NCBI RefSeq assembly: GCF_001049895.1
Contig: NZ_CVPE01000006.1
Location: 176,441-208,440 of the forward strand
Length of the DNA stretch: 32,000 nucleotides
Direction of reading: 5' to 3'
Origin: Rubeoparvulum massiliense
GTDB lineage: Bacteria > Bacillota > Bacilli > Rubeoparvulales > Rubeoparvulaceae
The notes beneath the pieces are model-generated. The model did no database searches and was not told the origin of the DNA. It saw only the letters and a list, made by a program, of their open reading frames with translations. Made by a program: the position numbers and the translations under genes. This document shows positions 25,474-32,000 of the stretch, one piece after another; the first letter of the stretch is position 1; every line of letters starts with the position of its first letter.

Positions 25474-28287
25474 ATGCAACATACATATGTCATAATCGAC
25501 TTAGAAACAACAGGTCATTCACCGAAGAATGGCGATTCCATACTGGAAATTGGGCTGGTGGTAATGAGAGGAGGAAAGGTGGAGTACACCTTCGAGTCCC
25601 TGGTGAATCCTCAAGGGGAGATCCCTTCTTATATTCAAACCTTAACTGGAATCACACCAGAGATGGTGCAAGGAGCACCACAGATAGAAGAGGTTCTACC
25701 TACTGTACTTAAAGCATTAGATCAAGGGATATTTGTGGCTCATCATGCCAGCTTCGATTGGACTTTTTTACAGGAAACCTTAGAAATCCATGGCTATTCG
25801 CCATTAACCAATCCCGTATTGGATACCGTTGAACTGGCCCGCACCTTCCTACCCACGCTCCCTTCTTACTCCCTGGGCTATCTAACAGAAACCTTGGGCA
25901 TCAGCCATCTTCAGCCCCATCGTGCCTTGTCTGATGCAGAGGCTACGGCGATTCTATTGCATCGCTTGCTTCAGCACCTGGAGGAGCTACCACTTCCCAT
26001 TATTCAACAACTCCAAGCGGTGGCACCCTATTTACAGAGTGATTGGCCGCTGCTTATCAATAATCAGCTTGTAAAGAAAGGGAACTGGCAGAGGTCTGAG
26101 CAGTTCAGGGAGCAATATGGGGAATATAGAGGGGTGATTTGGCGGCGTGCAGGGGAGGGCTCAGCCGCTTTAAGCAATGCTTCTTGGCAGGCCTCACAAG
26201 ATGTAGAGACTACCATTGGGTGCTACTTTGATCCAACGAAGCCCTACTCCTTCCCTGCGCAGATGCAAGGGTATGAGGTGCGTGAGCAACAGCAAGCTAT
26301 GATGGAAGCGGTACAGGCAGCTCTCAATCAGGGGAAGCATCTCCTTGTGGAAGCAGGTACAGGGATGGGGAAAACATTAGGCTATGCTCTGCCTTCCATC
26401 CTCTGGGCTTTACATGAAGGAAAAAGAGTAATCTGGAGCACACAGACGCTGCAATTGCAGGATCAAATCTTGTATCATGAGATCCCGCTGCTCCGACGTG
26501 TTCTACCTTATCCATTCCGCGTCACATTGCGTAAAGGAATTCAACAATATCTTTGTTTTGAGCAGTTCTTTCGGTGGATGGAGAATGAACCCTATACCTA
26601 TGATGAAGCGCTGGCACAGGCGCAGCTATTGATCTGGCTCTATTCCACGGAAACAGGGGATTTAAGTGAGTTGAATCTGCCTTCCCATGGGAAAACCTTG
26701 CTGCCTCAGCTTACTTGTACCTCATCAGATTGCCTCGGTGCATCATGTCCGTGGGCAGAGCACTGTTATTATCAAAGGGCGAAGCAGGATGCTCATCAAG
26801 CGCAGATCGTCATTGTGAATCATGCCTTGCTTGCCCAGGAATTACAACAGGAGGAGGGAATTCTTCCCTCCTACGAGGCATTGGTGATCGATGAGGCTCA
26901 TCAATTTGTCGAAACTCTAGCACAACACTGGACGGAAGAGGTTAGTACGGAGCTCGTCCATCCGTTAATGAATAAGATGATAAGCGGTAAGCTGTGGGAC
27001 TGGATTGCTTTTAGTACAGGGGCACCTACAAGCTGTGAGGAGTTTCGCCGCCTAGCTCTCCAATGGCTCAACATCTATCAGGATTGGGAGGAAGAGGTGC
27101 TCTCTCTGGATGGGAAGAGAGGGAAGCAGGAAGAATCCTCCTTCATCCGTTATGAACGGGAACAGTTTACAGAGGGGGAACCTTTATTACAGGCAACAGC
27201 CCGCCTCTATACCGCGTGGCAAGCGTTGAATCAGCATATGATGGAGACGTCTGCAGTAGGGGAAAGCCAGAAGCATCTAGAACGTTTATGGCGGGATTTT
27301 CAACAGTTTGCTTCAGCTTTACCCCAGTTGCTTATTGCAAATGAGGCTCAGCTAGAGAGGGATGCTGAAGGTGAAAATGAAGGGGAACCCTATCAATATT
27401 GGATCACTTATGAATCCCTATCCTCTCGCAGTTTCACCTTGCTTGCCATCCCAACCCATGTGGCGCAACAGCTGAATGAGCGCTTATTTAAGGTGAAGGA
27501 GTCGGTGATTCTCACATCAGCTACCTTAACGGTGAATGGTTCCTTCCAATATATTCGCCGATTATTAGGCTTACATGAGGAGAGTGACACCGAGCAGGTG
27601 CGAGAAGCAATTTTTCCGTCTCCTTATCAATACGACCAACAGATGAAAATTGTGGTTCCTGAGCAGATCCCCTTGTTGCATGGTGAGGGAGATGCCCAAT
27701 TTATTGAACATGTGGCCCAATCCCTCGCGCAGGTGGTGAAAGAAGCAGGTGGCGGCTGTCTCGTGCTATTCACAGCGAAGGAGATGCTTTTACGCATTCG
27801 TGAGCGATTGGTTGAGCTTTTAGAGGGAACACGGATTCAAGTGCTAGCGCAAGGCGTTGATTCTAATAACCGGACGCGACTAGCTCAGCGTTTTCAGGCA
27901 GAGGGAGCCAGTGTCCTACTAGGAACGGCAAGCTTCTGGGAAGGGGTCGATATTCCAGGTGATGCTTTGCGGCTCTTGGCCATCGTCCGCTTACCTTTTG
28001 TTCACCCTGAGGATCCCTATTATCGGACGCGGATTGTAAGCCTAGGGTTAAAGCCACAGGAAGGCTTTTTTCGCCTTGCCTTACCCCAAACCATTCTTCG
28101 CCTCCGGCAAGGCATGGGAAGATTGATCCGTTCTACCAAGGATCGGGGGATGGTGATCCTCTATGATCGGAGGATTATCACAGGTCGATATGGAAAACAG
28201 ATTCTCCGCGCCTTGCCAGGTGCACCATTTTATGAAGTATCACAAGAGGAGCTGATCCATGAGATTCAGACTTGGTTCCATGGCTAA
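25474..28287 (+). CDS. dinG: DinG-family 3'-5' exonuclease/helicase
   Basis: DnaQ-like exonuclease 'YVIIDLETTGHSPKNGDSILEIGLV', Walker A 'VEAGTGMGKTLGYALP', 'DEAHQF', 'GTASFWEGVDIPGDALRLLAIVRLPF'. Confidence 0.95.
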   Translation: MQHTYVIIDLETTGHSPKNGDSILEIGLVVMRGGKVEYTFESLVNPQGEIPSYIQTLTGITPEMVQGAPQIEEVLPTVLKALDQGIFVAHHASFDWTFLQETLEIHGYSPLTNPVLDTVELARTFLPTLPSYSLGYLTETLGISHLQPHRALSDAEATAILLHRLLQHLEELPLPIIQQLQAVAPYLQSDWPLLINNQLVKKGNWQRSEQFREQYGEYRGVIWRRAGEGSAALSNASWQASQDVETTIGCYFDPTKPYSFPAQMQGYEVREQQQAMMEAVQAALNQGKHLLVEAGTGMGKTLGYALPSILWALHEGKRVIWSTQTLQLQDQILYHEIPLLRRVLPYPFRVTLRKGIQQYLCFEQFFRWMENEPYTYDEALAQAQLLIWLYSTETGDLSELNLPSHGKTLLPQLTCTSSDCLGASCPWAEHCYYQRAKQDAHQAQIVIVNHALLAQELQQEEGILPSYEALVIDEAHQFVETLAQHWTEEVSTELVHPLMNKMISGKLWDWIAFSTGAPTSCEEFRRLALQWLNIYQDWEEEVLSLDGKRGKQEESSFIRYEREQFTEGEPLLQATARLYTAWQALNQHMMETSAVGESQKHLERLWRDFQQFASALPQLLIANEAQLERDAEGENEGEPYQYWITYESLSSRSFTLLAIPTHVAQQLNERLFKVKESVILTSATLTVNGSFQYIRRLLGLHEESDTEQVREAIFPSPYQYDQQMKIVVPEQIPLLHGEGDAQFIEHVAQSLAQVVKEAGGGCLVLFTAKEMLLRIRERLVELLEGTRIQVLAQGVDSNNRTRLAQRFQAEGASVLLGTASFWEGVDIPGDALRLLAIVRLPFVHPEDPYYRTRIVSLGLKPQEGFFRLALPQTILRLRQGMGRLIRSTKDRGMVILYDRRIITGRYGKQILRALPGAPFYEVSQEELIHEIQTWFHG

Positions 28288-28347
28288 TTAATGCTCTTTC
28301 TTCATAGACTGATAGGAGTAGATGACGAAAGGGTGTGGCCATTGATG

Positions 28348-29226
28348 CTCCATAGGTTTCTCCAATTTTTCATCCTTTTTTCCATGCTCTTCATGCTATT
28401 TGCATGTGGGACCATTGATGAGCATATGGCTGTGCCTGCGGAATATCAGACACGAATCCTCACGGAGGAGGAGGTTCGTCGTGCACTACAGATCCATTTT
28501 CTCCCCATTGCCGAACAGGAGACGATGGTAATCCAATTCCCAGATCGAAGAGTGGTTCTTGTGGATAGTGGAACCATGGAGCACTGGAAAGAGGTAGAGG
28601 AGCAACTGAAGCAGTTAGGGATCAAGAAGATCCATGATCTTTTCATACCTTTACCAACCATCAAACGAATGGAGCTGGTTCCTGTCTTGCATGAGGAATA
28701 TGGCATTGAACGTGTGGGTTTTCCGAGTTGGTATAACGCCACGGTGAATAAGATCCAACTACCCTCCACAGTACAAATGATTCCCTTGCAAGCAGGTGAT
28801 CATTGGGATTATGAGTTCGGTGTCTCCATCCGTGTTCTTGCTCCCTTTCCACCATTATCTCGCTCACCGCAAAATAATAGCTTAGTGCTGATGGTGGAAA
28901 GAGGAAAGATTGAGCTCCTTTATGCATCTAGTATTCATGCAGAACGGGAACTCCAATTGATCCAGCGCTATGAGTTAAAGACGACAGACATTTTGAAGGT
29001 GAGTGATTTTGCCAGCATCCATGGCTCCCATCCTCTTTTCATTGATGAGGTAGATGCTCAGGTGGGGGTCCTCTTTTTTAGTAAAGAGGTGCATGGTCGG
29101 GAGGAAGTACTTGAACGTTTGAAGGAGAACTGGTTTAATCTGTTTGAAACTGATCTTCATGGATTGATTACGGTATTAGTAGCAGAAGATAATTATGAGG
29201 TGATTCTTCCTTATCAACGGAAATAA
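28348..29226 (+). CDS. putative lipoprotein with degenerate metallo-beta-lactamase (ComEC-like) fold
   Basis: Lipobox 'LFAC|GTIDE'; 'IHFLPIAEQETMVIQFPDRRVVLVDSG' resembles a ComEC-type MBL start; expected HxHxDH is absent. Start (ATG 28348) approximate. Confidence 0.6.
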   Translation, partial: LHRFLQFFILFSMLFMLFACGTIDEHMAVPAEYQTRILTEEEVRRALQIHFLPIAEQETMVIQFPDRRVVLVDSGTMEHWKEVEEQLKQLGIKKIHDLFIPLPTIKRMELVPVLHEEYGIERVGFPSWYNATVNKIQLPSTVQMIPLQAGDHWDYEFGVSIRVLAPFPPLSRSPQNNSLVLMVERGKIELLYASSIHAERELQLIQRYELKTTDILKVSDFASIHGSHPLFIDEVDAQVGVLFFSKEVHGREEVLERLKENWFNLFETDLHGLITVLVAEDNYEVILPYQRK

Positions 29227-29304
29227 GTATAGGCTCATGTACTGCTCTCACTCTATGGAAGAAAAATCGCATGCTCTCATCAATTCATGGTACACTATAG
29301 GTAA

Positions 29305-29322
29305 TTGTGATAAAAATAACAA
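29305..29322. promoter_or_regulatory. candidate Rex operator
   Basis: TTGTGATAAAAATAACAA, an 18-bp imperfect palindrome close to the Rex consensus, 22 bp upstream of the rex start. Confidence 0.4.
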
Positions 29323-29344
29323 TACGCGATTGGAGTGGGACGAA

Positions 29345-29980
29345 ATGGGAGAGAAGCCAGAGAAAATTTCGGAGTCGGTAGTACGACGCTTACCAATTTA
29401 CTTACGCTATTGTCATCAGTTGCAGAAGAATGATGTAAAGACTGTTTCTTCTAAAAAATTGGGGGAACTCCTGCAACTGAACCCTGCCCAGATTCGTAAG
29501 GATCTAGCATACTTTGGTGAGTTCGGTCGGAAGGGCGTGGGGTATGAGGTTGATTATCTCGTAAGTAAGATTGAGCAGATCTTACATGTGGATCAAATTA
29601 TTCCAATCGTTGTCATCGGTGCTGGCTCCATGGGTCATGCCTTGTGTAAATATAATGATTATCTCAAGCAGCACATGCAAATTGTTGCCATTCTAGATCA
29701 TGATCATGCGAAGGTGGGAAAGGTTGTTCACCATCTACAGGTGGAGCATATTGACCAATTGAATGAGATCGTGGCTGAACGGAAAATCAAGATTGGTATT
29801 ATTGCCGTCCCTTCCCATGCTGCACAGGATGTCTGCAATCAGCTAATGGATGCAGGGATTCATGCCATCCTTAACTTCGCACCGATCCGTCTCAAAACAA
29901 GACCTGGTGTACGCGTGCAACAAACGGATGTAGCCCGTGATTTACATACTTTGGCTTTCTATTTAACTGGAGAAGAGTAA
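29345..29980 (+). CDS. rex: redox-sensing transcriptional repressor Rex
   Basis: 'ISESVVRRLPIYLRYCHQLQ...SSKKLGELLQLNPAQIRKDLAYFGEFGRKGVGYEV' and Rossmann 'VIGAGSMGHALCKY'. ATG 29345 is the probable start. Confidence 0.95.
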   Translation: MGEKPEKISESVVRRLPIYLRYCHQLQKNDVKTVSSKKLGELLQLNPAQIRKDLAYFGEFGRKGVGYEVDYLVSKIEQILHVDQIIPIVVIGAGSMGHALCKYNDYLKQHMQIVAILDHDHAKVGKVVHHLQVEHIDQLNEIVAERKIKIGIIAVPSHAAQDVCNQLMDAGIHAILNFAPIRLKTRPGVRVQQTDVARDLHTLAFYLTGEE

Positions 29981-30052
29981 TCGGTAAGAATACGTAACTA
30001 AATGAGATCATAAAACGTCTATAAGAAAGGGATGACCCGTGGAAAGGAATCG

Positions 30053-31144
30053 ATGTACATGGAGAAGGAAACAAACAATCAAGACCAAAGTTATTTTCGC
30101 AGAAACCGTAAGTGGCTACTACCACTTTTGATCACTCTAGCTGTTCTACTCATTGCAGGTGGGACAGTTTATGGCTATATTTTGCAAAAGTATGAGAAGA
30201 TGAAGATCGATCAGGGTGACTCGATTTATCATCAAATGGAGCAGACAGAGCCAGAAGAATCTGCATCAAATCAAGAAGACGCCGATCTTGTTGTTCTGCT
30301 CATTGGTTTAGATAGTCGTAAGGGTCATGCCTCGATGAATACGGATACGATCCTGTTACTTCGCTACCAATATGATCAGCATGCCCTACAGATGCTTTCC
30401 ATTCCTCGTGATCTGAAGACCATCTATCAAGGCGAAGCGATGAAAATTAACAGTATCTTTTATCAGGGAACATTGAAGGCCCAAAAATATATGAAGGAAA
30501 ATGGAATCCAAGATAATGATTTCACCCATTTTGGAGGTCTTGTCTTTGGGCAAAAGATGTTCGCGACCTCTGCAGATGTCTTGAAGGCTCAGGTAGAGAA
30601 GGAATTTGATCTAAGGATTGATCATGTGGCCATGGTGAGTTTTGACTTCGTTCAGGAAGCTGTGGATGCAGTGGGCGGAATTGAAGTTGAGGTGGATCGT
30701 AACATGAACTATGATGATCCTACGGACAATACACATATCCACCTAAATAAAGGTGTTCAGACCTTGGATGGTAAGCAAACCTTAGATTTTATTCGGTTTA
30801 GAAAGTCCAATGATGGCTATCATTCCAGTGATATTGAACGAGGAATTCGACAGCAAAAGGTGATTCAGGCTTTATCAGCTGAGGTGCTTTCATGGAAGAG
30901 TGTGCCACAGGCCATTAATCTCATCGATAGTCTCAGCAATCATTTTAAAACCACATTCACTTTGTCAGAAATGACACAATTGGTCAAGCAGGAGTATAGT
31001 CAATTTGATAGCAAGCGGATTACCCAAATTCCTTTTGAGGTTGAATTTGAATCCAATTTTGTGATCATTCCTGATCAAGAGAAGGAGCGAATTCGCATGC
31101 TATTCAATGAGGACTCTGCTTCTTCTGAAGGAGTGAAAGAATAA
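30053..31144 (+). CDS. LytR-CpsA-Psr (LCP) family cell wall ligase/attenuator
   Basis: N-terminal TM, 'VVLLIGLDSRKGHASMNTDTILLLRYQYDQHALQMLSIPRDLKTIYQ...DFIRFRKSNDGYHSSDIERGIRQQKVIQAL'. Confidence 0.92.
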   Translation: MYMEKETNNQDQSYFRRNRKWLLPLLITLAVLLIAGGTVYGYILQKYEKMKIDQGDSIYHQMEQTEPEESASNQEDADLVVLLIGLDSRKGHASMNTDTILLLRYQYDQHALQMLSIPRDLKTIYQGEAMKINSIFYQGTLKAQKYMKENGIQDNDFTHFGGLVFGQKMFATSADVLKAQVEKEFDLRIDHVAMVSFDFVQEAVDAVGGIEVEVDRNMNYDDPTDNTHIHLNKGVQTLDGKQTLDFIRFRKSNDGYHSSDIERGIRQQKVIQALSAEVLSWKSVPQAINLIDSLSNHFKTTFTLSEMTQLVKQEYSQFDSKRITQIPFEVEFESNFVIIPDQEKERIRMLFNEDSASSEGVKE

Positions 31145-32000
31145 TGCATACATTGATTAAAAATGTAGATATCCTTACGATGAATCCCAGCCTCGAAGAA
31201 TGGTTCGATGGCTGGATTGCTTTTGCTGATGGGAGGATTACATACGTTGGTCCCGGGCAAAATCCAGAAGTAGAACGGCAATATGACGAAGTGATCGATG
31301 GTCATGGGTACTGGTTGATGCCTGGCTTGGTCAATACCCATGGTCACGCTGCGATGATCCTGCTCCGTGGGCTCGGTGATGATCTGCCATTACAAGAATG
31401 GTTAGAAGCCAAGATGTGGCCATTGGAAGCTCGCTTTACAGCGGACCATGTTTATTGGGGTACATCCCTTGCAGCTGTAGAGATGATCAAATCTGGAACA
31501 ACCCTCTTTCTCGATATGTACGCCCATATGGATCAGGTAGGCAAGGTGGTGGAACAGGCAGGACTTCGTGCCACCTTATCCCGCGGTATGATCGGACTCT
31601 GCTCAGAGCAGGAGCAACAAACCAAGCTCGACGATACCGCTGCATTCATTCGACAATGGCAGGGAGAGGCTCAGGGACGGATCGCTACCATGATCGCCCC
31701 TCATAGTGCCTATACCTGCCCACCGTCCTTTATCATGAAGGCATTGGAATTGGCTGACGAGCTGGAGATACCTGTTCATACGCATCTATCGGAAACTGCT
31801 CGGGAAGTAGCAGAAAACGAGGTCCGCTATGGCTGTCGCCCTGTTGAACATTTAGAAAAATTAGGCTTCTTTCAACGCTCTGCCCTCGTAGCCCATGCGG
31901 TTCATGTGAATGATGAGGAGATTCATTTGCTGAAAGAACATGATGTACGGGTTTCGCATAATCCTATGAGTAATTTGAAATTGGCCAGTGGCGTGGCTCC
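31144..32000 (+). CDS. mtaD: 5-methylthioadenosine/S-adenosylhomocysteine deaminase-like amidohydrolase (truncated by window end)
   Basis: ATG overlaps the upstream TAA. 'GYWLMPGLVNTHGHAAMILLRGLGDDLPLQEWLE', 'THLSETAREVAENEVRYGCRPVEHLEKLGF', 'VAHAVHVNDEEI'. Confidence 0.88.
   Translation, partial: MHTLIKNVDILTMNPSLEEWFDGWIAFADGRITYVGPGQNPEVERQYDEVIDGHGYWLMPGLVNTHGHAAMILLRGLGDDLPLQEWLEAKMWPLEARFTADHVYWGTSLAAVEMIKSGTTLFLDMYAHMDQVGKVVEQAGLRATLSRGMIGLCSEQEQQTKLDDTAAFIRQWQGEAQGRIATMIAPHSAYTCPPSFIMKALELADELEIPVHTHLSETAREVAENEVRYGCRPVEHLEKLGFFQRSALVAHAVHVNDEEIHLLKEHDVRVSHNPMSNLKLASGVA

Noticed and set aside
31398-31706. 102-aa plus-strand ORF near the right end
   Set aside because: It is the +1-type frame inside the clearly conserved amidohydrolase (mtaD-like) gene, so not a separate gene.
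1-32000. CRISPR arrays, tRNA or rRNA genes, prophage or retron-type modules
   Set aside because: No regularly spaced direct repeats, tRNA cloverleaf or rRNA sequence, and no phage structural, integrase or reverse transcriptase proteins were recognised on reading.

Overview
This window looks like a chromosomal segment from a Firmicute (Bacillales-like): short operons, AGGAGG-type ribosome-binding sites, and the conserved block ypjD-dapB-mgsA-bshB1-bshA-cca-birA-dinG. The left end (about 1-3000) is more AT-rich and accessory. It holds a decayed transposase remnant and a membrane-anchored, nuclease-type polymorphic toxin next to an Imm70-like immunity gene. The strongest unusual signal is in the CadC/CadA-type metal-efflux operon (7640-10185). 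The P1B-ATPase ORF in the track starts at 8116, but the natural start is the ATG at 8035, coupled by ATGA overlap to the arsR/cadC gene. From there the frame is open except for one in-frame UGA (8083-8085), which sits exactly at the first Cys of the N-terminal metal-binding motif (GYS-[UGA]-ADCAAQFEQNVK; CadA-type GxxCxxCA). A hairpin lies directly downstream with an apical G 17 nt after the UGA, resembling a bacterial SECIS. I therefore propose a selenocysteine (UxxC) metal-binding domain in a CadA-like ATPase. A gene resembling the DsrE-like domain of the selenium-metabolism protein YedF lies in the same window (18346-18681), which is circumstantial support. Other notable items are a single-ORF fusion of CCA tRNA nucleotidyltransferase with a BirA biotin ligase domain lacking its HTH, a preQ1-I riboswitch candidate hidden inside an over-extended ORF upstream of a YhhQ-type queuosine precursor transporter, two large GGGGTCAGTCCCCC palindromes each directly abutting a stop codon, and a lipoprotein with an apparently inactive metallo-beta-lactamase fold.
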